Counted from the stretch's first letter, positions 1-9,937 are shown. The stretch: 64,000 bases of DNA from an uncultured Thiotrichaceae bacterium (GCA_964421315.1 CAYQXD010000001.1:1464-65463), one strand, 5' to 3'. Numbers and translations are program-made. Notes: generated by a model not told the origin, from the sequence alone.

Positions 1-68
1 GCCGCCTTCCTCTTTTAGTGGTCATGTTTCATTATTACACCGTGATTATAAAACGAAAAAAATTTGGT

Positions 69-299
69 CCGCAAAGAACGCAAAATACGCAAAAAAAGCG
101 AAAAAAGCAAACAAATATTTTTATTTTTTGAAATTTCAGAATTAATATATAGGTGGTTAGTGTTACAGATGCAGAACTAAGTTATTTAAATAAAACACAT
201 TACAACTACAATTATCTACATCATTTTCTCAAAATACGCTGAGTAGTTACTAACAAACTTTATTTTTGCTTTTTTCGCGTATTTTGCGTTCTTCGCGGA
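69..299. repeat. Imperfect inverted repeat pair (arms ~69-113 and ~262-299) flanking ~150 bp of AT-rich DNA. It lies immediately 3' of cysM and is MITE-like or a large terminator-like structure.
   Basis: The left arm ccgcaaagaacgcaaaatacgcaaaaaaagcgaaaaaagcaaa and the reverse complement of the right arm tccgcgaagaacgcaaaatacgcgaaaaaagcaaaaa match, apart from a 9-bp internal duplication in the left arm. Confidence 0.5.
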
Positions 300-316
300 T
301 AGTTTTTATTTATAAA

Positions 317-1231
317 TTAACCAGAAAAAACACCAGTAGACAGATAACGGTCTCCACGATCACAGACAATGGAAACAATGACCGCGTTGCTTTTACCTTC
401 TAATTCAACCTGTTGGCTAAGTTTTAACGCTGCAGCACATGCACCACCCGATGACACGCCGCAGAATAACCCTTCTTTTGATGCCAGTAGCCGTGTAGTT
501 TCTTCTGCTTCGCGCTGACTAACATCCAGTGTAAGATCCACCCTGGCCGCGTCAAATATGCCAGGCAGATATTCCTCAGGCCAGCGGCGTATACCCGGTA
601 TGCGAGAACTTTCTTCCGGTTGCACACCGACAATTTGAATAGCAGGGTTCTGCTCTTTTAAGAATCGAGACACCCCCATAATAGTCCCTGTTGTCCCCAT
701 GGCGCTGACAAAGTGAGTGATTTCACCCTGTGTTTGCTGCCAGATTTCCGGCCCGGTACTGAGATAATGGGCATCCGAGTTGTCAGGGTTATTAAACTGA
801 TCCAGCACAATGCCCTTGCCCTCATCCTGCATTTGCAAGGCCAGGTCACGCGCACCTTCCATGCTTTGTTCCTGTGTTACTAAAATTAGTTCAGCGCCAT
901 AAGCCTTCATCGCAGCACGACGTTCTTCACTCATGTTATCCGGCATGACTAAAACCATACGATAACCCATCACCGCTGCTGCCATGGCCAGTGCTATACC
1001 CGTATTACCACTGGTCGCTTCAATTAAGGTATCACCCGGTTTGATGTCACCTCGCTTTTGCGCCTGCGTAATCATGTTAAAAGCCGGGCGGTCTTTCACT
1101 GAACCCGCAGGATTATTGCCTTCCAGTTTAAGCAAAATGCTGTTGCCACTGTTTTTCACTAACCGTTGCAAGCGTATTAACGGCGTGTTGCCAATGGTAT
1201 CTGCCAGGGTCAAATATTTCATTTCTTTCAT
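317..1231 (-). CDS. cysM: cysteine synthase B (O-acetylserine sulfhydrylase B)
   Basis: The 304-aa ORF is near-collinear with E. coli CysM. Shared stretches are TIGNTPL..LQR, LKLEGNNPAGSVKDR, IEATSGNTGIALAM and CDRGDRYLSTGVF. Confidence 0.9.
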   Translation of the reverse strand: MKEMKYLTLADTIGNTPLIRLQRLVKNSGNSILLKLEGNNPAGSVKDRPAFNMITQAQKRGDIKPGDTLIEATSGNTGIALAMAAAVMGYRMVLVMPDNMSEERRAAMKAYGAELILVTQEQSMEGARDLALQMQDEGKGIVLDQFNNPDNSDAHYLSTGPEIWQQTQGEITHFVSAMGTTGTIMGVSRFLKEQNPAIQIVGVQPEESSRIPGIRRWPEEYLPGIFDAARVDLTLDVSQREAEETTRLLASKEGLFCGVSSGGACAAALKLSQQVELEGKSNAVIVSIVCDRGDRYLSTGVFSG

Positions 1232-1342
1232 TATATTTATATTAAGCCGCTATTAAGCCACGATAATCAAATGGTCGTTGTTCAGATGGCTCGATTAGTT
1301 CGCGATAAAACGGTAAAGTAGTTAGTCTATTTTACATTTATA

Positions 1343-1500
1343 TCCATGGATGGATAGTATTTAGCAAAGAGCCATGGATGGCGTTGCTATTATGTCCAGG
1401 GATGGACGGTATTTGGCAAAGAGCCATGGATGGCGTTGCTATTATGTCCAGGGATGGACGGTATTTGGCAAAGAGCCATGGATGGCGTTGCTATAATATT
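1343..1500. repeat. Tandem direct repeat with a 52-bp unit in ~3 copies (starting ~1343, 1396, 1448). Each unit carries GGATGGA..CCATGGATGG sub-motifs.
   Basis: Read directly: ccagggatggacggtatttggcaaagagccatggatggcgttgctattatgt occurs twice perfectly, preceded by one diverged copy. The array ends ~50 bp upstream of the TonB-dependent receptor start. Confidence 0.9.
1492..1497 (+). promoter_or_regulatory. Candidate -10 hexamer TATAAT, created by the last repeat copy, 50 bp upstream of the receptor ATG.
   Basis: gctataatatt lies at the end of repeat copy 3. The nearest -35-like TTGGCA is 21 bp upstream, which is suboptimal spacing. Confidence 0.3.
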
Positions 1501-1547
1501 CTGCTTTTCACTTTACCTGAATTTAAATAATTAGTGCATCTCCCCCT

Positions 1548-3614
1548 ATGCTGAAATCTAAATTAACCACTAACTACAAATTATATGGCCCTCTGCTCAG
1601 CAGCCTGTGTTCATTCCACTCAACACCGCTTTTTGCCACTGATGATGAACTGTTCTTTGACATGCCTGTGGTTTTATCAGCTAATCGGCTGGAACAGCCG
1701 GTAGCCGATGCTGCCGTCAGCATATCGGTTATTGACCGCGAAACCATAGAAGCCTCTGGTGCCAGAACGATTCCCGAGGTATTACGCCTTATCCCCGGTA
1801 TGCAGGTAGGTTATAGCGGCAATGAATTCGGCGATGAACCGCAATATGTAGTTGCCTACCATGGTCATAGCGACCAGTATTCCAGACAGATGCAGGTATT
1901 GATTGACGGCCGCTCGATTTACCAGCCATTTTTTGGCGGTATTAACTGGAAAGCCATACCGGTCAATATCAACGATATAGAGCGTATCGAAGTCTCACGC
2001 GGCCCCAACCTGGCCACATATGGGGCTAACAGCTTTCAGGCAGCCATTAACATCATCACCCGAACCGCGGCGGAAGATCAGGGTTCATTCATACAAAGCA
2101 ATCTTGGCAGTAATGAAATTGCAGACCTTACCTACCGTTACGGTGGCAGCAGTGGCAAGCTTGATTATCGCATCACCGTAGCGACCTTTAATGATGCCGG
2201 ACTGGATAGTGCCAATGAATTTGACTACCCCGACGACACACACAGCAACAATATTGACTACCGGCTTGATTACCAGATAGATAATAAAAACACACTGTCT
2301 TATCAGGGTGGTTACGGTAAAAATCGACAACAGGCTGACAAAAACCACTCTGAAATTTTGCCTGTTGCACGCACCGTTGAAAACACTCGTTTTTTCCAGT
2401 TTTTAAAATGGGAGAATGCCATCAGTCAGGAAAACACTCTGCTGCTACAATATTATTACAATCTATCAGACAAACAGGACAAATATGCCTCAGACCTGTT
2501 AGATCTCGACTCCCCCCCAATTGATCCATTCATACTTAACGTCAATGCCGGCATAAAATCAGAAAGACATAACCTGGAACTGACACAGTTCATCCAGCCG
2601 AATGAAAAACTAAAGCTGGTCTGGGGACTGAGCGCACAGGCTGATTTTGTAAAATCACCGCTATTCCTGGGTACAAATAAAACAATCAACCATGAAAGAT
2701 ACCATGCATTTGCCAATATAGAATGGCGCATTAATCAGAATAATGCGATTAACATTGGTGCCCTGGTCGAAAAAAACAGTTTTAGTGACACCGAACTCTC
2801 ACCCAGGTTCTCCTTTAGCCACGCATTCAATCGTTTTCATAAAATCAGACTAGGTGTAAGCCAGGCAATACGCAGTCCGTTTGTGGTTGAAGCCCTGGCA
2901 AACTATAGTTTTTCACATGATTTAACAGCAGCGGGTGGCACCCCTACAGACTTTACTCTGCTGGAAAATGTCGTCCGTGGAAACCTTGATCTACAAAATG
3001 AAAAAATCATCAGTCGGGAGATTGTCTATCTGGGTGAGTTTATTAACTCATCCCTGTTCTTTAACGCACGATTATTTCACGATGATATCAGCAACTTTAT
3101 TAAAACCGTAAAAGAAACAGATACCGATCCTGGACTACCGATAATATTATTCGACGATATCATTCATGTTTTCAGAAACCCCGTCAAAAGCACAACTACC
3201 GGCCTTGAACTGGAGTTGGACTATCACATCGACTCGACATTAAGGCTCATCGCAAGTGGTGCCATTATTAACGTAAACAATAACTTAGGCCCTATTTCAA
3301 AATCAGCGCCTCAGCATAGTTTTTCATTTATAAGCAATAAAAGATTTAATGAAAAATACAGCGGCAGTCTTGCCTGGTATTATGTTGAGTCCTTTAAGTG
3401 GACAGATTCACGTGGCGGTGTTGACGATCACCAGACGCTGGATATGAGGCTATCGAGAAAGCTTAAATTTAATCAGGCAAATGGCAGCCTGTCTGTTGTG
3501 CTAAAAAACCTGCTGGGTGATTACAGTGACTACCAGGAGAATCCTAGTAGCAGTACCGCGCCAAAAGTAGTGCATAGCACATTGGCATATTTAGACTTCA
3601 GGTTAAATTATTAA
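1548..3614 (+). CDS. TonB-dependent outer-membrane receptor
   Basis: The 688-aa ORF has a signal peptide and a plug domain (DELFFDMPVVLSANRLEQPVADAAVSISVIDRETIEASGARTIPEVLRLIPGM), followed by a long beta-barrel-like region. Confidence 0.85.
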   Translation: MLKSKLTTNYKLYGPLLSSLCSFHSTPLFATDDELFFDMPVVLSANRLEQPVADAAVSISVIDRETIEASGARTIPEVLRLIPGMQVGYSGNEFGDEPQYVVAYHGHSDQYSRQMQVLIDGRSIYQPFFGGINWKAIPVNINDIERIEVSRGPNLATYGANSFQAAINIITRTAAEDQGSFIQSNLGSNEIADLTYRYGGSSGKLDYRITVATFNDAGLDSANEFDYPDDTHSNNIDYRLDYQIDNKNTLSYQGGYGKNRQQADKNHSEILPVARTVENTRFFQFLKWENAISQENTLLLQYYYNLSDKQDKYASDLLDLDSPPIDPFILNVNAGIKSERHNLELTQFIQPNEKLKLVWGLSAQADFVKSPLFLGTNKTINHERYHAFANIEWRINQNNAINIGALVEKNSFSDTELSPRFSFSHAFNRFHKIRLGVSQAIRSPFVVEALANYSFSHDLTAAGGTPTDFTLLENVVRGNLDLQNEKIISREIVYLGEFINSSLFFNARLFHDDISNFIKTVKETDTDPGLPIILFDDIIHVFRNPVKSTTTGLELELDYHIDSTLRLIASGAIINVNNNLGPISKSAPQHSFSFISNKRFNEKYSGSLAWYYVESFKWTDSRGGVDDHQTLDMRLSRKLKFNQANGSLSVVLKNLLGDYSDYQENPSSSTAPKVVHSTLAYLDFRLNY

Positions 3615-3630
3615 GAATCAGATTAATAAA

Positions 3631-4647
3631 ATGAATAATACCGGACAAGGAATTCTGCAACAAAGCAAGTTAATACACTGGCTCATTCATATACTATTGC
3701 TATTAACATTCTGTTTAATGCATTATGCATCAGCTGAAACATTAGCCACAGAAACACCTGCGCATAATAAAACAACTCAAGAACATCATGTGTTTGTTAT
3801 TTATTCTCCAGACAACACACTATACTCAAACATTATTCAGAAGCTATCAGAAAATTTACAGCTTAAACGTTCTGACATTGTCATTTCAAAAGTCACTCCT
3901 GAAGAAAAAATAAAAACGGTAAATAGTAATACCGACATTATCATCGGCATAGGGTCTGCGGGCATGAAAAACGCAAACAAGCACTACCCGAAAGCAAAAA
4001 AATTATTCATTTCAACTGATCCAAACAAATACAAGCTGGATACAAACAAATACAAAAATGATGCAATTTTATATATGACCCAGTCATATTGCAGACAGAT
4101 ACAGTTTATAAAACTACTCAACAAAAAATGGCAAACCATTGGTATTCTGAACAGCCAGGAAAAACCCGTCGATAGCGAAGCCATACAACAGTGTGCCGAC
4201 CAGTATGATATTAAAATTCATACAGTGAACACAACAGCTGAAAATAATCTAACAAATAAAATTAAAATCGCCCTGAGCCATTCTGATGTATTACTCGCAC
4301 TTCCGGACAGCAATATTTATAACAGCAAAACGGTAAAAAACATTTTACTTACCAGCTACCGACTCAGAAAACCTGTTATTGCTTTTTCTAAAAACTTTGT
4401 TAAAGCTGGCGCTCTTGCTGCAATTTACAGCAGCACAGAACAAATTGCACAAAGTGCGAGCAATATAATCGAACAATACTTTAAGTCAGGCAATCAATTT
4501 AAAAAACCGATCAATTATCCTCAGGCATTCAATATAAGCATTAACAGACAGGTTTTCAGGGCTCTGGATCTGGCCACACCCAACCCTGAACAGATAAAAC
4601 AGGCTCTTGAGCATCTGGAAATAAATAAACCAGAGATATTGCAATGA
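3631..4647 (+). CDS. periplasmic ABC-type substrate-binding-protein-like protein (ABC_sub_bind family-like), probable ligand sensor partner of the downstream kinase
   Basis: The 338-aa ORF has an N-terminal hydrophobic signal or anchor. It is translationally coupled (ATGA overlap) to the downstream hybrid kinase. Family assignment is by pattern recall only. Confidence 0.5.
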   Translation: MNNTGQGILQQSKLIHWLIHILLLLTFCLMHYASAETLATETPAHNKTTQEHHVFVIYSPDNTLYSNIIQKLSENLQLKRSDIVISKVTPEEKIKTVNSNTDIIIGIGSAGMKNANKHYPKAKKLFISTDPNKYKLDTNKYKNDAILYMTQSYCRQIQFIKLLNKKWQTIGILNSQEKPVDSEAIQQCADQYDIKIHTVNTTAENNLTNKIKIALSHSDVLLALPDSNIYNSKTVKNILLTSYRLRKPVIAFSKNFVKAGALAAIYSSTEQIAQSASNIIEQYFKSGNQFKKPINYPQAFNISINRQVFRALDLATPNPEQIKQALEHLEINKPEILQ

Positions 4648-7600
4648 TACGGCTCGGCATCAGTAAACAGATTATCATTATTGCACTATTACCTGCGCTT
4701 ATTGTGGCCACAATATTATCAACGTATTATATATGGGACCAATTTGATTCACTATCTAAAGCACTAAACAGAAATGGAGAACTCATTGCCAAACAATTTT
4801 CACCCGTTGCTGAGTATGCAGTGTACTCAGGTAATATTGAACTTATCAAACCCTTAGCAAATTCTATCATTGAAGACAAATCTGTTTTACGTATACAAAT
4901 ACTGGATAAAAACAATAACAGCATCCTTGATATAAAAGACCCTGAAAACCAGGCACCAGAAAAGATCTCCATCATTAAAAAATTATTAGGTGATGTCCTT
5001 AATGTAAAAAATCAGCAGATTAGTTTTATTGAACCAATAATATCTGCAGAAATTCGTCTGGTAGAAGATAAAGATAAAGATAAAATTACAAAAGAAACAA
5101 AACACTCTGACAACAACAAAATTGGCAGCGTCGTCATTACCCTTACTACAAAATTCACAGCTAATGAACAATTAGAACGAATACAACTTGACATCTTAAT
5201 CGCGTTAGCCATTCTTCTGCTAACAACGCTAATCGTTATTCGTGTAATTAGTAATATTACACGACCAATAAAATCACTCACACAAACGGTAAGAAATATA
5301 ACTTCAGGTGATCTTGATGCACATATAGAGTTAAATTCAACAGGCGAATTAGGCATACTTGAATCCTGCATCAATCAAATGAAAAACGAACTAAAAGCAT
5401 CTCAAACCGATCTTGAAATACAACTTGATATTTTCACTAAAGAGCTGCAACAAACACTTGAAGAGCTGGAAATTAGAAATGCAGAACTTGATATAACACG
5501 ATCAAAAGCGATCTATGCCAGTAACGCTAAATCTGAATTTCTGGCAAACATGAGCCATGAAATAAGAACGCCATTAAGTGGCATTATCGGCTTTACTGAA
5601 TTGCTTCAGGGAACAACACTATCCAGGCAACAAAAAGACTACGCCAACACCATTCAAAAATCATCAAAAAGTCTATTACAAATCATTAATGACATTCTGG
5701 ATTTATCCAAAATTGAATCAGGCAAAACAGAGATTTCAACCAGTGAATTTAACATCATTGATATCATTGAAGACATAATAAACTTATTAAGCCCGGTTGC
5801 ATTAGATAAAAATATCGAGTTGTTTTACCGCATTAAAAAAAATGTCCCCGTTATTATCAAATCAGACCCTTTTCGCATCCACCAGATATTAACCAACTTA
5901 ATTGGCAACGCCATAAAATTTACTGAAAAAGGTTATGTTTATCTTCAGGTCACAACAGAAGTAGTAACACATGGATGTGCTGTTTACGAACCAAAGAATG
6001 GAGTAGTAGCACAAGGATGTGCTGTTAACGAACCAAAGGATGGAGTAGTAGCACAAGGATGTGCTGTTAACGAACCAAAGGATGGAGAGGACGAAGTAGA
6101 AAAAATGAAAATCAGCATCAAGTTCAGTGTATCTGATACTGGCATAGGCATGAGTAAAAGTGACAAACAAAAATTGTTTAAAGCCTTTACCCAGGCTGAT
6201 ACCAGCATAACCCGGCGTTTTGGCGGCACTGGTTTAGGGCTGGTAATTTCTCGAAAACTTACCCTGCTAATGAAAGGTGAGATCGGCTTTGATAGCACAG
6301 AAGGTAAAGGTTCAACTTTCTGGTTTTGTGTTCCAGTGTTTTTCAATGTAGCCCCCCCTGTACCTGAAGTGTTGAAGAAATCAAGGTTAGCTGCCGTAAA
6401 AATCGCTTTAATCAGTAATCACTTTATCGCTAAACAGGCATTTAAAACCCTCTTTAAAAACGCACAATGTACAGTAAATGACTACTCGGTTGATAAGCTA
6501 ACTGCTGAGGTGTTAACCAGGGCAGACGATATTGAAAAGGACAATGACGTTATTGTATTTTTTCTCAGCCGTAACGATATTAACAGAAAAAATACAGTGA
6601 AAAACTTAAGCAAACTGTCTTTTTCAAAGCCATCGTTACTCATAGCCAGCACACGCTCACACAAAAAACTAAGAAATCTCCAGCAACATATTTTTGATGC
6701 CGCAGTTTTTACCTCAGAAAAAACTGAACTGATAAAACAAAAACTAATAAATACAATAAATAAAAACACAACTGAATTAAGTGTTGAAAATATGACCGAC
6801 GAAAGCACTAAGTGCACCGACTGGTCCAACATAAACGTTATGGTAGTTGATGATAACGAGGTAAACTTACGTCTGGCCGAAATAATATTACACAAACATA
6901 AATGTAGAGCAACAACGGCAAGGTCAGGGGAGCAAGCACTCGATTATGCCAGCATGCGTTCATTTGACATTGTTTTTATGGACTTGCATATGCCCGGACT
7001 GGATGGTTACGCAACCACAAAAAAAATTCGCGAAATCACACCTGGAAAACAACCTGTCATTATTGCGCTTACTGCTAATGCTCTACCACAGGAAAAAGAA
7101 AAAGTGATTAACTCTGGCATGAATGGAATTTTGATTAAGCCGGTTAGTGATGCCATGCTTCAAAAAGTACTCAACCAGTGGACCATGAATTCAACGACAT
7201 CCAAAGATCCGCAAATTTCTGTTATGAATACCGTTATAAATCCGCCAGAGTTCACTGACCAGACTTCAGTCGATATTCCAACAAACAATAACGGTAAATA
7301 TGAAAAAGTCTTAGATCAGGGAAAAAACATATTTTCTATCGACCTCGCAAAAGAATTTACTGGTGAAAATGAAGAACTTGCCTACGAATTATTTAGCATG
7401 TTACGTGCTGAATTAGATGATTATAGAAAAAAGATTACTATCGCAATTAAAAATGCCGATCTAAAAAAACTACACGAACAGGCTCACAAACTACATGGTG
7501 CAAGTCGTTGTTGCGGAACCACAGAATTAAAAAACTCAAGCAGTCACATCGAAAACTTAATCAATCAAAACATTAAATTTGATATTGAAAAAGAAACCCG

Positions 7601-7655
7601 TGCCTTACTAATCGCTATTAAGAACGTAAAAGATTATAAAATCACTGCGCTCTAG
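4644..7655 (+). CDS. hybrid sensor histidine kinase/response regulator (TM-HAMP-HisKA-HATPase-REC-Hpt)
   Basis: It has an H-box SHEIRTPL, an N-box NLIGNAIKFT, a G-box DTGIGM..GGTGLGL, receiver motifs VVDDN and DLHMPGLDG, and a C-terminal Hpt HKLHGAS. Confidence 0.85.
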   Translation: MIRLGISKQIIIIALLPALIVATILSTYYIWDQFDSLSKALNRNGELIAKQFSPVAEYAVYSGNIELIKPLANSIIEDKSVLRIQILDKNNNSILDIKDPENQAPEKISIIKKLLGDVLNVKNQQISFIEPIISAEIRLVEDKDKDKITKETKHSDNNKIGSVVITLTTKFTANEQLERIQLDILIALAILLLTTLIVIRVISNITRPIKSLTQTVRNITSGDLDAHIELNSTGELGILESCINQMKNELKASQTDLEIQLDIFTKELQQTLEELEIRNAELDITRSKAIYASNAKSEFLANMSHEIRTPLSGIIGFTELLQGTTLSRQQKDYANTIQKSSKSLLQIINDILDLSKIESGKTEISTSEFNIIDIIEDIINLLSPVALDKNIELFYRIKKNVPVIIKSDPFRIHQILTNLIGNAIKFTEKGYVYLQVTTEVVTHGCAVYEPKNGVVAQGCAVNEPKDGVVAQGCAVNEPKDGEDEVEKMKISIKFSVSDTGIGMSKSDKQKLFKAFTQADTSITRRFGGTGLGLVISRKLTLLMKGEIGFDSTEGKGSTFWFCVPVFFNVAPPVPEVLKKSRLAAVKIALISNHFIAKQAFKTLFKNAQCTVNDYSVDKLTAEVLTRADDIEKDNDVIVFFLSRNDINRKNTVKNLSKLSFSKPSLLIASTRSHKKLRNLQQHIFDAAVFTSEKTELIKQKLINTINKNTTELSVENMTDESTKCTDWSNINVMVVDDNEVNLRLAEIILHKHKCRATTARSGEQALDYASMRSFDIVFMDLHMPGLDGYATTKKIREITPGKQPVIIALTANALPQEKEKVINSGMNGILIKPVSDAMLQKVLNQWTMNSTTSKDPQISVMNTVINPPEFTDQTSVDIPTNNNGKYEKVLDQGKNIFSIDLAKEFTGENEELAYELFSMLRAELDDYRKKITIAIKNADLKKLHEQAHKLHGASRCCGTTELKNSSSHIENLINQNIKFDIEKETRALLIAIKNVKDYKITAL
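5961..6088 (+). repeat. In-frame 45-bp tandem repeat (~2.8 copies) inside the kinase ATP-binding domain. It encodes HGCAVYEPKNGVVAQGCAVNEPKDGVVAQGCAVNEPKDGE.
   Basis: Read directly: ggatgtgctgttaacgaaccaaaggatggagtagtagcacaa is repeated. The unit is 15 codons long, so the reading frame is kept. Confidence 0.85.
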
Positions 7656-7703
7656 AATGTATTAGCTCAGACTTGAGCTGGCAAAGCGTGTCATATTTAC
7701 TCA

Positions 7704-8420
7704 TTAGTGAGACAGATCAGATTCACCAAGCAGGACGCGCAAAGCATTAATAAATAATTCTGCAGGTGTATCAACCAGATGGGTTACCACGGTCATTTGT
7801 ACGACTATCATCGGCCAAACTATTTTTGCAACTAATCCGGTGATTATCATTATCACTAATATCATCAATCCCCAGGGCTCTACTTTGCTTAACATTTGAC
7901 TGGAGCGTTCCGGTAGCAAACCGGTTAATATGCGACCGCCATCCAATGGTGGCAAGGGTAAGAGATTCAACATCATAACAGCTGCATTTATGAAGATACC
8001 TGCAGCACCCATATACACTAATATCAGCCCAGCGTCAGGCTGGGTAGCAGATAACATATATCCCAGCTTCATTATTATTGCCCATATTATAGACATAATA
8101 AAATTGGCCACTGGACCGGCTGCAGCGACCAGAACCATATCGCGTTTAGGAAAATTGAGATTTTTTTCATTTACTGGAACAGGTTTTGCCCAACCAAAAA
8201 TGAAACCGCTAAACCAGAGTAATAAAACCGGTATGGTGATAGAGCCAACAAGATCTACATGTTTAAGTGGATTGAGACTCAAGCGCCCTGCACGTTTGGC
8301 CGTAGCATCACCTAAATAATACGCCACTGCACCGTGCGCGACTTCATGCAGTGTAATCGCATACATAACAGGCACAGCCCAGACGAATATTCTAATACCA
8401 ATATTTAAGTCATCATGCAC
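7704..8420 (-). CDS. site-2 protease family zinc metalloprotease (peptidase M50)
   Basis: It has an HEVAHG zinc motif, is polytopic membrane-like, and has a later LDGG region. Confidence 0.8.
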   Translation of the reverse strand: MHDDLNIGIRIFVWAVPVMYAITLHEVAHGAVAYYLGDATAKRAGRLSLNPLKHVDLVGSITIPVLLLWFSGFIFGWAKPVPVNEKNLNFPKRDMVLVAAAGPVANFIMSIIWAIIMKLGYMLSATQPDAGLILVYMGAAGIFINAAVMMLNLLPLPPLDGGRILTGLLPERSSQMLSKVEPWGLMILVIMIITGLVAKIVWPMIVVQMTVVTHLVDTPAELFINALRVLLGESDLSH

Positions 8421-8682
8421 TAATTTATATCACCGTTTTCTTAATTTAATTACCAACAAAGTTGTAGATGAAGGAATTACACTGCTGACAGAAAAACACT
8501 GACAGGTAATACACTATTTACCCCTCATGCATACAAATTTACCACCATAAACATGTTGCAAAACTTCAAAATAATGGCTAATTCCAGAAGTTTTACACTT
8601 TAAAAGATAGTCGTTCTTAAATCCTAAAAATGACAACCTATGCGCTCCAAACAATGCATTTTTGAACATGAGGGTTATACAA

Positions 8683-8973
8683 TTATGTGAATTTTTCGGC
8701 TCTTATTACCTTTACATCACTTAGAAATAACACAATAGCGTAATCTTTATAATAGGTTTTGTTGAGATGCTCTGCAATAGCCTCAACCAACTGTGGCTCG
8801 CCCAGAACTTCTACCCGGATGTTACTATCAGAAGACCAGCCGGCATCACGCACCCCTCGCTGGCCTTTGCCACGTGCATTGGTAATAGTGTAACCACGCG
8901 CGCCCAGGCGTTCAAGATCTTCCACCAGACTATGCTCCAGTACTGATTCAGTAATGATGGTAATCAATTTCAT
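8683..8973 (-). CDS. sbtB: P-II-like signalling protein SbtB
   Basis: Start trimmed to MKLITIITE. It resembles Synechocystis SbtB (KLVIITEK../GASGYTV/NIKFEVL/..ALRAHKF versus ours KLITIITES/GARGYTI/NIRVEVL/VIRAEKF). Confidence 0.7.
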   Translation of the reverse strand: MKLITIITESVLEHSLVEDLERLGARGYTITNARGKGQRGVRDAGWSSDSNIRVEVLGEPQLVEAIAEHLNKTYYKDYAIVLFLSDVKVIRAEKFT

Positions 8974-8992
8974 ATCGTGCGTAATCACAGTG

Positions 8993-9937
8993 TTAAACTC
9001 CAATGCTGTAGAGGTATTCGGTCAGTTTATGATACAGTGGGATACCAAAAATAATGTTAAATGGGAAGGTGACACCCAGTGAAGCGGTGAGCGATAGAGT
9101 AGGATTGGCCTCCGGCAGTGCAATACGCATTGCAGCGGGTACCGCGATGTAGGAAGCACTTGCCGCCAGCGTGGCTAACAGTATCGTGCCACCAATGGAA
9201 AGCTCCAGCATGTAACCAAGACTGCCACCTATCAGGGCTGAAAAAACCGGAAAAATAATTCCAAAACCCAGCAGGAAAACCCCGTAACGACGCAAACTTC
9301 CTACCTGGCTTGCCGCAATCAGACCCATTTCCAGTAAAAACAATGCCAGTACACCTTTGAATGGGTCAAAGAAGAGGCCTGCTATGGGCTGAATGCCCTC
9401 TTCTCCTGCTATCCAGCCGATCAGCAGGCCGCCCAACAGCAACACAATGCTTTTACCCAGGAAGACTTCATGTGATAATCTTCCCCATTTGGTGTTTTTT
9501 GAAATGCCTCGTACCAGCACAATACCGACCAGAATGGCGGGGACTTCCAGCAAAACCAGGAACAGCGGCATATAGGCTTCAAATGGTATTTGTTGCGCTG
9601 CCAGGTAGGTGACTGCGACGGCATAGGTGCCAACACTGACCGAGCCATAATGTGCCGCTACTGAGGCGGCATCTGCTTTTTCAAGGCGACCGATAAGGCG
9701 TAGTAATGGGAAGGCCAGGAGCGGCAACACAAAACCCATAGCCACCACTGCAGTGATATCTGGCAATAAAGCGCCGAATGACTGTTTGGATAGCTCAATG
9801 CCGCCTTTAAGACCAATGGCAATCAACAATATGACGCTAAGAAACTCATAAATTGCAGGTGGCAGACGCATTTCTGCACGCATTAAGCCAGCAGCTAAAC
9901 CAAGGATGAAAAATAGTACGGCAGGATCTAGTGACAT
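8993..9937 (-). CDS. sbtA: SbtA-family (DUF897) sodium-dependent bicarbonate transporter-like permease
   Basis: The 314-aa membrane protein has collinear SbtA blocks (FFDPFKGVLALFLLEMG, LAASASYIAVPAAMRIALPEANP). It lacks the long cytoplasmic loop of the cyanobacterial protein. Confidence 0.65.
   Translation of the reverse strand: MSLDPAVLFFILGLAAGLMRAEMRLPPAIYEFLSVILLIAIGLKGGIELSKQSFGALLPDITAVVAMGFVLPLLAFPLLRLIGRLEKADAASVAAHYGSVSVGTYAVAVTYLAAQQIPFEAYMPLFLVLLEVPAILVGIVLVRGISKNTKWGRLSHEVFLGKSIVLLLGGLLIGWIAGEEGIQPIAGLFFDPFKGVLALFLLEMGLIAASQVGSLRRYGVFLLGFGIIFPVFSALIGGSLGYMLELSIGGTILLATLAASASYIAVPAAMRIALPEANPTLSLTASLGVTFPFNIIFGIPLYHKLTEYLYSIGV

Noticed and set aside
984-1256. Multiple 60-100-aa ORFs nested in or antisense to annotated genes throughout the track
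   Set aside because: They overlap strongly supported conserved genes in other frames and have no independent support.
1343-1500. Tandem repeats considered as a possible CRISPR array (also the arrays at 58712 and 59853)
   Set aside because: The units are contiguous with no unique spacers, and there are no cas genes in the window. These are simple tandem repeats.
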